This document shows positions 39,038 through 50,304 of a stretch of DNA of 64,000 bases, piece after piece (position 1 is the stretch's first letter; every line of letters starts with the position of its first letter). The stretch lies in assembly GCA_001819605.1 (NCBI GenBank), contig MHNE01000008.1:13054-77053 (forward strand), given 5' to 3'. The notes below the pieces were generated by a model. That model was not told where the DNA came from. It saw nothing but the letters and a program-made list of their open reading frames with translations, and did not search any database. The position numbers were made by a program, and so were the translations under genes. The stretch is from Candidatus Portnoybacteria bacterium RIFCSPLOWO2_01_FULL_43_11. Its GTDB lineage: Bacteria > Patescibacteriota > Minisyncoccia > Portnoybacterales > UBA2143.

Positions 39038-40111
39038 ATGGAAAAAGTTTATAAATTAACTAAACGACAACTAAATATCCTTGAATTTATCAAAAAAAAT
39101 GGTGGAGCAAGCAATCAGGAAATTAAAAACCGCCTTAAAGAAACTTTTGAAGACATCTCAAGAATTACAATAGTCCGCGACATTAATCTCCTTTTAAAAA
39201 ATAAGCTAATAGATAGAAAGGGTAAGGGAAGAAATGTCCGCTATGAAGAATTTATAAAAAGCGCGGTTTTAGCTTATTTTGATGTTGAGGAATATTTTAA
39301 AAAAGGGCCAGATGAAAGAAAGTTGACTTTTGAATATTTTAATTTTAGGATATTTAGCCAGTTTAAGGAAATTTTCACAGAAGAAGAACTAAAAAATTTA
39401 AAGACGCTAAACGACGGCTACAAAAAAAGAATCAAGAAACTATCGCCCGCGATTTTAAAAAAAGAGTTTGAAAGATTAACCATTGAATTAAGCTGGAAAT
39501 CATCTCAAATTGAAGGAAATACCTACTCTTTGATAGATACGGAGATTCTTATAAAAGAACATAAAGAAGCTGAAGGTCATAAAAAAGAAGAAGCGATAAT
39601 GATTTTAAACCATAAAAAAGCGCTGGATTATATTCTAAACAAAAAAAGCGACTTTAAAAAAATAAATCTGCGAAAAATTGAAAACATACAAAATTTAATA
39701 GTTGACAATCTTGGAATATCAAAAGGAATTAGGAAAAAACTGGTTGGAATCGTGGGGACAAGATACAAGCCGTTAGACAATGAATATCAAATCAAAGAAG
39801 CCTTAGAAAAAATGATAAAAATTATAAACAATTTTAAAGAACCGTTTTCTAAGGCGCTCGCGGCGATTCTGATGATTTCATATATCCAGCCGTTTGAAGA
39901 CGGCAATAAACGAACCGCTCGGCTTTTAGGCGACGCTTTGCTTTTAGCTTACGGCGCCTGTCCCCTTTCTTTCAGAAGCGTTAATGAAACGGACTACAAG
40001 AAAGCGGTAATTATTTTTTACGAACAGAATAGCGCGAGATTTTTCAAAGAATTATTCATCCAGCAATTTGAATTCGCAATTAAAAACTATTTTCTGTTAG
40101 AAAATCAATAA
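39038..40111 (+). CDS. Fic family protein with N-terminal wHTH
   Basis: SSQIEGN; QPFEDGNKRTAR Fic motif with Q in place of the catalytic H. Confidence 0.9.
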   Translation: MEKVYKLTKRQLNILEFIKKNGGASNQEIKNRLKETFEDISRITIVRDINLLLKNKLIDRKGKGRNVRYEEFIKSAVLAYFDVEEYFKKGPDERKLTFEYFNFRIFSQFKEIFTEEELKNLKTLNDGYKKRIKKLSPAILKKEFERLTIELSWKSSQIEGNTYSLIDTEILIKEHKEAEGHKKEEAIMILNHKKALDYILNKKSDFKKINLRKIENIQNLIVDNLGISKGIRKKLVGIVGTRYKPLDNEYQIKEALEKMIKIINNFKEPFSKALAAILMISYIQPFEDGNKRTARLLGDALLLAYGACPLSFRSVNETDYKKAVIIFYEQNSARFFKELFIQQFEFAIKNYFLLENQ

Positions 40112-40112
40112 T

Positions 40113-40802
40113 ATGAATCTAAAAGAATTTTTTAGACCGACAAATAAATCAACTTTATATTGGCTCATTTTGGGAGTGGTGGTTTTGGTTGCGGGAGGAG
40201 TAATTTGGTGGAGTTGGAATATAACTTCAAAAATCACTGATAGTGAACCTTTGGTTATTCCGAAAACAGAACTCAAAAATAATCAACCTATTGACACTTC
40301 AACTTGGAAAACTTATCGGAATGAGAAGTATGGGTTTGAGGTAAAATATCCGGAAGATTTCACAATTAACGAACGTCTTGGCGGTGGAGAGCAAAATCCA
40401 AACGCCGTTTACTTTAGATCAAAAAGCGATGATTTTTTTATAAAGATTGATAATGGTTATCAAGAGGTAGATCTACTTCCTTTCAAAGACTATGCTATGC
40501 AAATATCTAAAAATGCTTGCGACGCAGATGGTCCAAGCAGTTCTATGCATTGTGAAGAGATATCCGAACTTTCTCCTTTTAATGACATTCGAGTGGCACC
40601 AGCTTATGAAATTTATTTGAATGAAATTATACAAATGCGGGGCAAAAGTAATACACAAAGAACAAAAGGACCAATCATAGCCATCGACATAAGTATTCAC
40701 ACACAAGGTTTGACTAGAGGATTATTTATAAATTTACAAGGTAGCTCTAATAATGAAGAGATGATTAAAAAAATAGCTGCTACCTTTAAATTTATAGAAT
40801 AA
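40113..40802 (+). CDS. membrane-anchored exported protein (PsbP-like, CPR-type)
   Basis: N-terminal TM, WKTYRNEKYGFEVKYP, C-terminal IAATFKF. Confidence 0.7.
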   Translation: MNLKEFFRPTNKSTLYWLILGVVVLVAGGVIWWSWNITSKITDSEPLVIPKTELKNNQPIDTSTWKTYRNEKYGFEVKYPEDFTINERLGGGEQNPNAVYFRSKSDDFFIKIDNGYQEVDLLPFKDYAMQISKNACDADGPSSSMHCEEISELSPFNDIRVAPAYEIYLNEIIQMRGKSNTQRTKGPIIAIDISIHTQGLTRGLFINLQGSSNNEEMIKKIAATFKFIE

Positions 40803-40803
40803 T

Positions 40804-40848
40804 TTTTACCTTGTTAAATAGTCGCAAAGCGAATTTAACGGGGTGAAT
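40804..40848. repeat. palindromic element upstream of atpH
   Basis: TTACCTTGTTAAAT-AGTCGCAAAGCGA-ATTTAACGGGGTGA. Confidence 0.6.
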
Positions 40849-40879
40849 TTTAAAATTATTGGTTACTCGTCACTTATTT

Positions 40880-41326
40880 ATGCGATACACTTCAAAACAA
40901 TACGCCAAAGCGCTTTGGGAAGTTTGGGAGGAAAAATCGCCGGATAAAAGAACGGCGGTTTTGGGCAGGTTTATAAAACTTCTGAAAAAACAAAGGGCGA
41001 TGAAAAAACTGGACTTTATTATCCAAGAGCTTGAAAAAATTTATTTAATAAAGAATAATTTATTAAAAGCCGGAATAACAGCCCCTTTCCCGCCTTCTAA
41101 GATATCGCTTGAACGGATTAAAAAACTTGTCCCGCATCTTTTTACGGCACAGCAAAAAGGTGCGGGATTTATTTCTTCTTTTTATAAACATCGGCCTGAT
41201 AAAATTATTTTAGAACAAAAAATTGATAAAAATCTAATCGGCGGATTTCAAATTAAAGTAAACGATTATTTAATAGACGGGAGCGTTAGAAATATGTTGG
41301 TAAAATTAAAAAAAACTAATCTATGA
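40880..41326 (+). CDS. atpH: ATP synthase delta subunit (divergent)
   Basis: [20 protein letters not shown]; upstream of atpA; start moved to MRYTSK. Confidence 0.85.
   Translation: MRYTSKQYAKALWEVWEEKSPDKRTAVLGRFIKLLKKQRAMKKLDFIIQELEKIYLIKNNLLKAGITAPFPPSKISLERIKKLVPHLFTAQQKGAGFISSFYKHRPDKIILEQKIDKNLIGGFQIKVNDYLIDGSVRNMLVKLKKTNL
41130..41167. repeat. palindromic element in frame within atpH
   Basis: TCCCGCATCTTTTT...AAAAAGGTGCGGGA. Confidence 0.75.
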
Positions 41327-42837
41327 ACCTCATCATTGAACAATTAAAAAAACAGATAGAAGGATTTAAAAAAGAGCAGGAAATTTCCGAAACCGGCCGC
41401 GTTTTGACTTTAAATGACGGGGTTTGTTCTCTTTCGGGCTTAAATAACGTCTTAATGGGAGAACTCATCTTATTTGAAAAAGACAAAGAAGAAGTTTTCG
41501 GCGTGGTTTTAAATTTGGAAGAAGATTTGGTCGGTGCGATAATTTTGGGCGATTTTACCAAACTCAAGGAAGGCGACATTGCCAAAAGAACGAAAAAAGT
41601 GCTTTCCATCGGCGCTTCCAAAAATTTCATTGGCCGGGTTATAAATCCCTTGGGCGAGCCGCTGGATAAAAAAGGAGAAATAAAATACGAAAAAACCGAA
41701 CCTTTGGAAAAAATAGCTCCCGGAGTGTTAAAAAGAGAACCGGTCAATACCCCTCTTCACACCGGCATTAAATCCGTTGACTCTATGATCCCCATTGGCC
41801 GGGGCCAAAGAGAGCTTATTATCGGCGACCGGCAAATCGGAAAAACCGCTTTGGCGATTGACACAATCATCAACCAAAAACAGGATTCTTTAAAAACTCC
41901 CGTTTGTATTTATGTGGCTATTGGCCAGAAAAGCTCAAAAATTGCCGGAATTGTTGAAAAATTAAAAGAAAAAGGCGCGATGAATTATTCTATCGTGATA
42001 TCGGCAAGCGCTTCAGACCCGGCTCCGCTTTGGTATATCGCCCCATACGCCGGCTGCGCTTTGGGAGAATATTTTATGGACAAAGGCGAAGATGTTTTAA
42101 TTGTCTATGACGATTTATCAAAGCACGCTTGGGCTTACCGCCAGATTTCTTTGCTTTTAAGGCGGCCGCCGGGAAGAGAAGCTTACCCGGGCGATGTTTT
42201 TTATCTCCATTCCCGGCTTTTGGAAAGAAGCGCGAAGCTAAGCTTTGAACTCGGCGGCGGCTCTATTACCGCTCTCCCGATTGTGGAAACCCAGGCCGGC
42301 GATGTTTCAGCTTACATACCAACCAATATTATTTCCATTACTGACGGCCAAATTTACTTGGAGCCGGAGCTTTTTTATCAGGGAATCAGGCCGGCTTTAA
42401 ATGTGGGGCTTTCCGTGTCGCGGGTCGGCTCCGCGGCCCAGACCAAAGCGATGAAAAAAGTGGCTGGCAAGCTCCGTCTTGATTTGGCTCAATTCAGAGA
42501 ATTAGCCAGCTTTGCCCAGTTTAGCTCGGATTTAGACGAAATCACCAAACAAAAAATTGACCGGGGCCAAAGAGTTACGGAAATTCTAAAACAAAGGCAG
42601 TACGCTCCCCTGTCTTTTGAAAAACAGGTCTGTATTCTTTACGCGGCCACTCAAGGAATGTTAGACGACATTGAAGTTTCAGAAATTAAAAATTTTGAAA
42701 ATAAATTTCTGGAGCATCTGGAAAATCAAAATGCAGAATTTCTAAAATCGTTGAGAGAGAAAAAAGACTTAACCGACGAATTGGAAAAAGAACTAAAAAA
42801 TATTATTGAAAATTTTAAGAAAGTTTTTAGAAAATAG
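41323..42837 (+). CDS. atpA: ATP synthase alpha subunit
   Basis: [23 protein letters not shown]. Confidence 0.98.
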   Translation: MNLIIEQLKKQIEGFKKEQEISETGRVLTLNDGVCSLSGLNNVLMGELILFEKDKEEVFGVVLNLEEDLVGAIILGDFTKLKEGDIAKRTKKVLSIGASKNFIGRVINPLGEPLDKKGEIKYEKTEPLEKIAPGVLKREPVNTPLHTGIKSVDSMIPIGRGQRELIIGDRQIGKTALAIDTIINQKQDSLKTPVCIYVAIGQKSSKIAGIVEKLKEKGAMNYSIVISASASDPAPLWYIAPYAGCALGEYFMDKGEDVLIVYDDLSKHAWAYRQISLLLRRPPGREAYPGDVFYLHSRLLERSAKLSFELGGGSITALPIVETQAGDVSAYIPTNIISITDGQIYLEPELFYQGIRPALNVGLSVSRVGSAAQTKAMKKVAGKLRLDLAQFRELASFAQFSSDLDEITKQKIDRGQRVTEILKQRQYAPLSFEKQVCILYAATQGMLDDIEVSEIKNFENKFLEHLENQNAEFLKSLREKKDLTDELEKELKNIIENFKKVFRK

Positions 42838-42839
42838 AT

Positions 42840-43799
42840 ATGGCTCTCAACACTAAAGACATCAAAAGAAGAAGAAAATCAATTTCCAATATTGGCCAGA
42901 TTGCCAAAGCAATGGAGGTTGTTTCAGTGACTAAAATGAGACGAAGCCAAGCTATCGCTTTGGCTACGCGTCCTTATACCCGTGAAGCAATGGAGATTTT
43001 AAAAACCATCAGCCAGAGAACAGACCCGGCTTTTTCTTATTTCTTGGAGCAGAGGCCGGAACAAAAAATAGCCGTCTTGCTTATAAGCGCCGACAAAGGA
43101 CTATGCGGCGGATTAAACAGCAATATTTTCCGTAAAACAGAAGAGATTTTAAACCAACACCCGGATTCTCAAATTGATTTTGTGGTTATTGGCAAAAAAG
43201 GAGCTGAATGGTGCGAGAGGAAAAAATTAAATGTCATAAAATCTTTTTTTAGTTTCGGCGACTATGTTGATTTTGAACAAACCGCGCCGGTTTCGGAATT
43301 TATCATTAATATTTTTAGAGCCCGAAAACACGACGCGGTCTTCGCAATTTACACAAATTTTTTAAGCGCCTTAAAACAGGAAGCAACCGCTAAACTGATT
43401 CTCCCTTTAAAAGAAGAAAGTTTAAAAGAAATAATCACCTCTATCGTGCCGACTTACGGCAGATTCGCCAGTGTAAATCACGGAGAACCGTTCTCCGTTT
43501 TAACGGAGAACGGTTCTCCGCTAGATAAAAAGTTTAAATGGGAATTTGAATATAAATTTGAGCCGGATATAAAAATCATTTTAGACGACCTTTTGTATAA
43601 TTTAACGCAGGTGGAAATTTATTATGTGATTTTGGAAAGCAACGCTTCCGAGCATTCGGCCAGAAGAATGGCTATGAAAAACGCTTCTGACAACGCGGAA
43701 AACATTATCAAAGACTTAAATTTGCTCTATAATAAAGCCAGACAAGCGGCCATCACTCAAGAAATCAGCGAAATCGCCGCCGGAAGCGGCGGGGTATAA
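42840..43799 (+). CDS. atpG: ATP synthase gamma subunit
   Basis: DKGLCGGLN, SEHSARRMAMKNASDNA, RQAAITQEI. Confidence 0.96.
   Translation: MALNTKDIKRRRKSISNIGQIAKAMEVVSVTKMRRSQAIALATRPYTREAMEILKTISQRTDPAFSYFLEQRPEQKIAVLLISADKGLCGGLNSNIFRKTEEILNQHPDSQIDFVVIGKKGAEWCERKKLNVIKSFFSFGDYVDFEQTAPVSEFIINIFRARKHDAVFAIYTNFLSALKQEATAKLILPLKEESLKEIITSIVPTYGRFASVNHGEPFSVLTENGSPLDKKFKWEFEYKFEPDIKIILDDLLYNLTQVEIYYVILESNASEHSARRMAMKNASDNAENIIKDLNLLYNKARQAAITQEISEIAAGSGGV
43481..43520. repeat. double palindrome in frame within atpG
   Basis: CGGAGAACCGTTCTCCG-TTTTAA-CGGAGAACGGTTCTCCG. Confidence 0.85.
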
Positions 43800-45182
<1,383 letters not shown>

Positions 45183-45183
45183 A

Positions 45184-45432
45184 ATGAACAATTTTCTCTT
45201 AAAAATCATCGGTCTCAAAGAGACCCTTTTTGACGGAAGGGCGGTTTCGGTTAATCTTCCCTCTTCCGAGGGCGAACTGACTATTTTAAAAGACCATTTG
45301 CCTTTAATTACCGCCCTAAAAAGAGGTAAAATTAAAGTTAGAGACGAAAACAATCAGGAACATCTTTTTGAAATTCAAAGAGGTTTTTTAGAAGTTAACC
45401 CGAATAAAGTGACCATTTTAAAACATGAATAA
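45184..45432 (+). CDS. atpC: ATP synthase epsilon subunit, N-terminal domain only
   Basis: GELTILKDH, GFLEV; 82 aa. Confidence 0.88.
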   Translation: MNNFLLKIIGLKETLFDGRAVSVNLPSSEGELTILKDHLPLITALKRGKIKVRDENNQEHLFEIQRGFLEVNPNKVTILKHE

Positions 45433-45877
45433 CCACTCCCATAAATTGCCACAGGCCATAGTTCTTTCCTGCATTGATTTTCGTTTTCACGAAAAATTAA
45501 AGCGGGCGCTAAAAAAGGAAAAAATAAATTCTTATGACCTAATATGCTTGGCCGGCGGAGCGAAAAATCTGGTGAGTCCGAATAAAAAAATTTATCAACA
45601 GATTGTCATTGATAACATTAAGCTGGCTCAAAAACTTCACAAAATAAAAACGGTTGTTTTGTGTAATCACATAGACTGCGGCGCTTACTTGCCCGCCGAC
45701 TTGTCCGCCAAAGCTTCAGCGTCGGCGGAAGTATTGGCGCAGACGGGCGGCGGCAGCAGTCAATTCAAAAATCAAAACGAAGAAACAAAGTTCCATCAAG
45801 CTGAACTAAAAAAAGCGGGGAATTTATTAAAAAAATTGTTTCCTGCTTTAAGAATAAAAGTTATCTTGCTGGAGTAG
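45425..45877 (+). CDS. putative beta-class carbonic anhydrase-like protein
   Basis: CIDFR and HIDCGAY zinc ligands. Confidence 0.75.
   Translation: MNNHSHKLPQAIVLSCIDFRFHEKLKRALKKEKINSYDLICLAGGAKNLVSPNKKIYQQIVIDNIKLAQKLHKIKTVVLCNHIDCGAYLPADLSAKASASAEVLAQTGGGSSQFKNQNEETKFHQAELKKAGNLLKKLFPALRIKVILLE
45691..45748. repeat. nested palindromic element in frame within the carbonic anhydrase-like gene
   Basis: GCCCGCC..TCCGCCAAAGCTTCAGCGTCGGCGGA..GACGGGC. Confidence 0.7.
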
Positions 45878-45932
45878 CGGAGCGAAGCTCCGCATCTATT
45901 GCGAAGCTCGCTTTGCTCGCTTCGCTACTCCA
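45870..45932. repeat. 63-bp palindromic element, copy 2; supplies the stop codon
   Basis: Inverted near-identical copy of 8099-8161. Confidence 0.85.
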
Positions 45933-45937
45933 AAATA

Positions 45938-45975
45938 GAAACAGGGCGCTTCGGTTTTGCTGAAGCGCCCTTTTG
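45938..45975. terminator. bidirectional terminator
   Basis: AGGGCGCTTCGG...CTGAAGCGCCCT-TTT. Confidence 0.7.
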
Positions 45976-45977
45976 TG

Positions 45978-46172
45978 CTAAACTTCGATTAGTTTTTGAT
46001 GCTGTTTTAAAAAATTCTTAATCTCTTTTCTTCTCCCGATAACAACAAGCTCTTGATCTCCGGGAGGACCGATTAGATTCACCGCCGGTCCATAGGGAAT
46101 TGAGATATCGGCTGGATTTATTATCTGTCCTTTTTTAACCTTAAAACATTTAACTTTCCTTCGAAAAAACAT
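45978..46172 (-). CDS. orphan small protein
   Basis: AGGAGG 8 nt before ATG; terminator downstream. Confidence 0.6.
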   Translation of the reverse strand: MFFRRKVKCFKVKKGQIINPADISIPYGPAVNLIGPPGDQELVVIGRRKEIKNFLKQHQKLIEV

Positions 46173-46244
46173 TTTCTCTCCCTCCTATAAAAAAGTTAAT
46201 AACCTCTCAATTTTTCGTGTACTGTCCATACTAATACACCTATT

Positions 46245-46988
46245 CTACAATTTTGTCAATACCTCCCCTTTTTCAGTCACGGCCACCGTCTGCTCAAAAT
46301 GAGCTGACAGAAAGCCATCTATTGTTTCAAAACCAAAGCCGTCTTTGGATTTTTTTAATTTCCAGTCGCCCATAGTGACCATTGGCTCAATAGCCAAAAC
46401 CATACCCGGTTTTAGTTCCGGGCCCTTGTGGCGTTTGCCAAAATTGGGGATTTCCGGCGCTTCGTGAAGCTTCCGGCCAATACCATGGCCGCAAAGCTGA
46501 CGCACCACATTAAATCCCTGACCTTCAACATAACTCTCTACAGCTTGGGAAATATCGCCAATGTGCTTGCCCGGCTTAACCCGACTAATAGCTCTTTTAA
46601 GGGCTTTTTTAGTTATCCTGATTAATCGGCCGGCTTCCGGAGAAATTCTACCAACCGGAACGGTTATCGCCATATCTAAATAAAATCCTTTATAAAGAAT
46701 ACCTAAGTCTAAACTTACAATATCGCCCTCCATAAGCCGGCGCTTTGAAGGCGCTGAATGGACAATCTCTTCATTTATTGAAGTACAAAGAACAGCCGGA
46801 AATCCCTGATAGCCCTTAAAAGCCGGCTTTACTCCATATTTAAAAACCAGTTCTTCTGTTAGCTGGTTTAGTTCTTGGGTAGAGATGCCCGGCTTTGCTT
46901 TACTTTTTAACTCTTCCATAATCTTAGCCAGGACCCTACCGCCTTCTCTCATTATTTTGATTTCTTCCGAGGTTTTAATAGGTATCAT
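46245..46988 (-). CDS. map: methionine aminopeptidase
   Basis: SINEEIVH, DLG..DMA, GHGIG..HE, AIEPM, SAHFE. Confidence 0.96.
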   Translation of the reverse strand: MIPIKTSEEIKIMREGGRVLAKIMEELKSKAKPGISTQELNQLTEELVFKYGVKPAFKGYQGFPAVLCTSINEEIVHSAPSKRRLMEGDIVSLDLGILYKGFYLDMAITVPVGRISPEAGRLIRITKKALKRAISRVKPGKHIGDISQAVESYVEGQGFNVVRQLCGHGIGRKLHEAPEIPNFGKRHKGPELKPGMVLAIEPMVTMGDWKLKKSKDGFGFETIDGFLSAHFEQTVAVTEKGEVLTKL

Positions 46989-47030
46989 CTTTTAAAATAC
47001 AAGCTCAATAAGTGAGGAAATATGTCTTTT

Positions 47031-47156
47031 GACGACATAGAATTTCGAACAGGCATGGTTCCGAGCTCCGCCAGTTGGCGGAGCGAGGAGAGCGAGAAAT
47101 TATAACGAGCAAAATCCCTCGCTGTGGAATTTTGCGCAGCTGAAAAGTATATCGTC
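47031..47156 (-). repeat. structured element between adk and map, homologous to the 6901-6982 core
   Basis: Minus strand: GCAAAATTCC-ACAGCGA-GGGATTTTGC...CTCGCTC...AACCATGCCTGTTCG. Confidence 0.7.
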
Positions 47157-47163
47157 CCGCTTA

Positions 47164-47847
47164 TCATCCTACAACCTCCAAAATATCTTTATGTACATCT
47201 TCAATGCTCTGCTCTCCTTCCACCTCTTTTATTTTTAACCCCTCTTCTTTAAAATACTCTATTAACGGCTTTGTTCTTTCTTCGTATTCTTTTAACCTTA
47301 CTTTAATATTTTCTTTTTTGTCGTCTTCCCGGACAACTAATTTAGCGCCGCACTTGGGACATTGAGTAAGTTTTTTGGTTTCTTCCGAAGGAAAGATTGG
47401 ACGACGGCACTCTGAACAAGTTCTTCTTCTGGTGTTTCGCCAAATCGTCTGCTCTTTGCTCAACTTAATTAAAATAATCTGAATATTTTTCGGGTCGTAT
47501 AATTTTTTAAGAAGCGGGATAAGTTCTTTTCCTTCGTATAAAGTCCGCGGTGAACCAACCAAAAGTAAACTCTTACCTTGATTAGCCAGCTTTTCTATTT
47601 CTTGCTTAACCCAAAAGGCAACTACCGCCGGCGTCCAGAGAATGCCTTTTTCAGAAAGCTTTTTTTCTTGAGCTAAAGAATATTTTTGGCCATCAATAAC
47701 TACGCAGTCGCCTTTCTTGGCTTGCTTTAATTTGGCCTCCCCAATCTTACTTGTCTCAAAATAAAATAAGCCCAATTTTTCGGCCAGTAATTCCGCTTGC
47801 GTGCCCTTGCCAGAACCCGGCGGGCCAATAAGAATAATTACTTTCAT
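47164..47847 (-). CDS. adk: adenylate kinase
   Basis: GPPGSGKGTQA, GSPR, zinc LID CxxC/CxxC, REDD. Confidence 0.92.
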   Translation of the reverse strand: MKVIILIGPPGSGKGTQAELLAEKLGLFYFETSKIGEAKLKQAKKGDCVVIDGQKYSLAQEKKLSEKGILWTPAVVAFWVKQEIEKLANQGKSLLLVGSPRTLYEGKELIPLLKKLYDPKNIQIILIKLSKEQTIWRNTRRRTCSECRRPIFPSEETKKLTQCPKCGAKLVVREDDKKENIKVRLKEYEERTKPLIEYFKEEGLKIKEVEGEQSIEDVHKDILEVVG

Positions 47848-47870
47848 TAGATTAAATCTTATAACTTAGA

Positions 47871-48032
47871 CGTAAGAAATCCGAGCGTTGTTTACACTAC
47901 CGTCTGTCATTCCCGCGAAAGCGGGAATCCAGTATGCTTATTTTGGCTCTGATGCTTATACTATTTGGTGCCCGCCTTCGCGGGCATGACAGGTCTATAA
48001 CAAAAGTGTAAACAACGCGTTAAATTCCTACG
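47871..48032. mobile_element. nested MITE/REP-like element between secY and adk
   Basis: Perfect 14-bp IR GCGTTGTTTACACT/AGTGTAAACAACGC enclosing CTGTCATTCCCGCGAAAGCGGGAATCC...CCCGCCTTCGCGGGCATGACAG. Confidence 0.75.
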
Positions 48033-49316
48033 CTAAAATCCCTCGTAATCCCTCATCACTAACTGACTTTTTATCTGACGCACGGTCTCTAAAACCACGG
48101 AAACAACGATTAAAAGCGCGGTGCCGCCGATGACAAAGCCAAAAGCAGTGATGCCGGTAGCGCCCTGAACGACTGAAGGCAGAACCGCTATGGTGCCCAA
48201 AAACACGGCGCCGAAAAGTAAAACTCTGTTTAAAATATAATAAAGAAAACTTGAAGTTGATTGGCCCGGCCGAATGCCCGGAATAAAGCCACCCATTTTT
48301 TGCAGATTATTTGCCACATTCTTTGGGTCAAAAGTAACGGCCGTGTAAAAAAAAGTAAAAAGAACCACTAAAATAAAATAAGATACGCCGTAAAACCAAG
48401 GATTCTGAAAAGCGTTGCTGATAAAACGAGCCGCGTTGGCCAGCCAAGCGGTGCTTGAAGCGGACAAGAAATTAGCCACCATGCCCGGAAAAAGCATAAT
48501 TGACAAAGCGAAGATAATAGGAATAACGCCGGCCGGATTAACGTTTAAAGGAAGATAAGTGGAAACGCCGCCGTAGACCCGATGACCGCGAATCCTTTTA
48601 GCGTAAGAAACCGGAATATTTCTCCGGCCTTCAGTAATAAAAACCACGCCGGCCGTAATAATCAAAGCTAAGACAAAAAAAGCAAGGTAAGACGGAATTT
48701 TTGACGGCTCGTAAGTAATGGCTAATTCTCTGATGGAAATAGGCACGCCGGCCACGATGCCGGCAAAAATCAAAAGAGAAACGCCGTTGCCAATACCTTT
48801 TTCTGAAATTAATTCACCCAGCCACATTAAAAATACAGCCCCGGCCGTAATCATTAAAATAGAGGTTATCCATTGAGTAATGGAAAAACTGCCGGTAATA
48901 CCCTGCCTAGTTAAAATAGTCAGCATTCCATAAGACTGGAGAGCGGCCAAGGGCACGGTCAGCATTCGCGCGTATTGATTGAATTTATGCCGGCCCGCTT
49001 CGCCTTCTTCTTTATAAAGGGCTTCCAGTTGAGGAAAAATCATGGTCAAAAGCTGCATAATAATAGTGGCTGTGATATAAGGACCCAGCCCTAACATAAT
49101 AATAGACATATTACTCATGGCGCCACCGGTAAAAATATTTAAAAGGCCGAATAATTGATTAGCTCCAAAAAACTGCCGGAGTCTCTCGGAGTCAATGCCC
49201 GGCACCGGAACATTGGCCGCAATCCGAAAAACAACCAAAATAAGCAAGACAAAAATTATTTTCTTGCGGAGATCTTTAATTTTAAATATTTGGATGACTT
49301 TTTGATACCAACGCAT
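48033..49316 (-). CDS. secY: preprotein translocase SecY
   Basis: LGLGPYITA, GIGNGVSLLIF, AGVIPIIFA, IPGIRPG. Confidence 0.98.
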   Translation of the reverse strand: MRWYQKVIQIFKIKDLRKKIIFVLLILVVFRIAANVPVPGIDSERLRQFFGANQLFGLLNIFTGGAMSNMSIIMLGLGPYITATIIMQLLTMIFPQLEALYKEEGEAGRHKFNQYARMLTVPLAALQSYGMLTILTRQGITGSFSITQWITSILMITAGAVFLMWLGELISEKGIGNGVSLLIFAGIVAGVPISIRELAITYEPSKIPSYLAFFVLALIITAGVVFITEGRRNIPVSYAKRIRGHRVYGGVSTYLPLNVNPAGVIPIIFALSIMLFPGMVANFLSASSTAWLANAARFISNAFQNPWFYGVSYFILVVLFTFFYTAVTFDPKNVANNLQKMGGFIPGIRPGQSTSSFLYYILNRVLLFGAVFLGTIAVLPSVVQGATGITAFGFVIGGTALLIVVSVVLETVRQIKSQLVMRDYEGF

Positions 49317-49328
49317 AAATTTTTCGCT

Positions 49329-49805
49329 TTACAAAATCAATCCGCCCGCTTTTTTGATTTTTTCCGCGGCGCTTCTTGATAAATCTAAATTTTTAAATTT
49401 TAGATTTTTGAGTTTTAATTCCCCTTTGCCTAAAATTTTTATTTTCGGAGTTATTTTCTTTCTTATTTTACTGATTAAGCCCTTCTTAAGCAAGCTCTCA
49501 AACGAGACAATCTCATTGTCTTTGAATCTTTTACCAATATCTCTTAAATTGATAATAGCCGGTTTTTGACGCAGTCTGAATAACTTAACGCCCTTTTTTA
49601 TTTCTGTCTTTTTGCCCGCGCCGCGCTTCTTGGGAAAACTTTTTAAAGGTATGGTGCCGCCAGCCAGACTAATTCGCGGTTTTCTGCCGGCCCGGGATTT
49701 TTGCCCTTTTATGCCACGGCCGGAATAAGTTCCGCGTTTGCCGCCGCGGCCAACCCGCTTTCTTTTTTTATCATAATGTTTCGGTTTTAGTTCGTGTAGT
49801 TGCAT
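49329..49805 (-). CDS. rplO: 50S ribosomal protein L15
   Basis: RVGRGG, GRGIKGQKSR, KILGKG. Confidence 0.94.
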   Translation of the reverse strand: MQLHELKPKHYDKKRKRVGRGGKRGTYSGRGIKGQKSRAGRKPRISLAGGTIPLKSFPKKRGAGKKTEIKKGVKLFRLRQKPAIINLRDIGKRFKDNEIVSFESLLKKGLISKIRKKITPKIKILGKGELKLKNLKFKNLDLSRSAAEKIKKAGGLIL

Positions 49806-49836
49806 GAAAATAAAATAATCTAATTAGAATAATTTT

Positions 49837-50304
49837 TTAAGATTTATTTAAGATTTCGGATTTTAAGCTTTTTAGCGCTTCTATCGCTGCCTTAGCGTTA
49901 TTTAGTTTATTCTTGGTTTTTCCTAAAATTTTAGCGGAAATACTTTCAATACCGACTAAATCGCAAACTACCCGAACGGCTCCGCCAGCCACTAAACCGC
50001 GGCCCCGAGGAGCCGGTTTTAATAAAACTTTAGCGCTGCCGTATTTCGCCTCAACCGAATAAGGAATAGTTCCACTTAACAAATGAACTTTAATCAAGTG
50101 TTTTCTGGCTTTTGCCGTTGCTTTGCCTACGGCTGAAGTAACATCTTGTCCTTTGGCCGCGCCTACGCCGACTTTCCCGTTTTTATTGCCAATAACAACC
50201 ACGGCCCGAAACCTAAACCGCCGACCCCCGGCCACCACTCTGGTTACGCGAGCAACATCCAACAATTTAGATTCGTATTCGGTTTTCTCAATATTATTAC
50301 TCAC
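49837..50304 (-). CDS. rpsE: 30S ribosomal protein S5
   Basis: RVTRVVAGGRRFRF, AGGAVR. Confidence 0.96.
   Translation of the reverse strand: MSNNIEKTEYESKLLDVARVTRVVAGGRRFRFRAVVVIGNKNGKVGVGAAKGQDVTSAVGKATAKARKHLIKVHLLSGTIPYSVEAKYGSAKVLLKPAPRGRGLVAGGAVRVVCDLVGIESISAKILGKTKNKLNNAKAAIEALKSLKSEILNKS

Noticed and set aside
46985-47167. 60-aa ORF bridging adk and map
   Set aside because: It spans the structured repeat element and has no protein features. Its overlaps with both neighbours leave a small chance of translational coupling.
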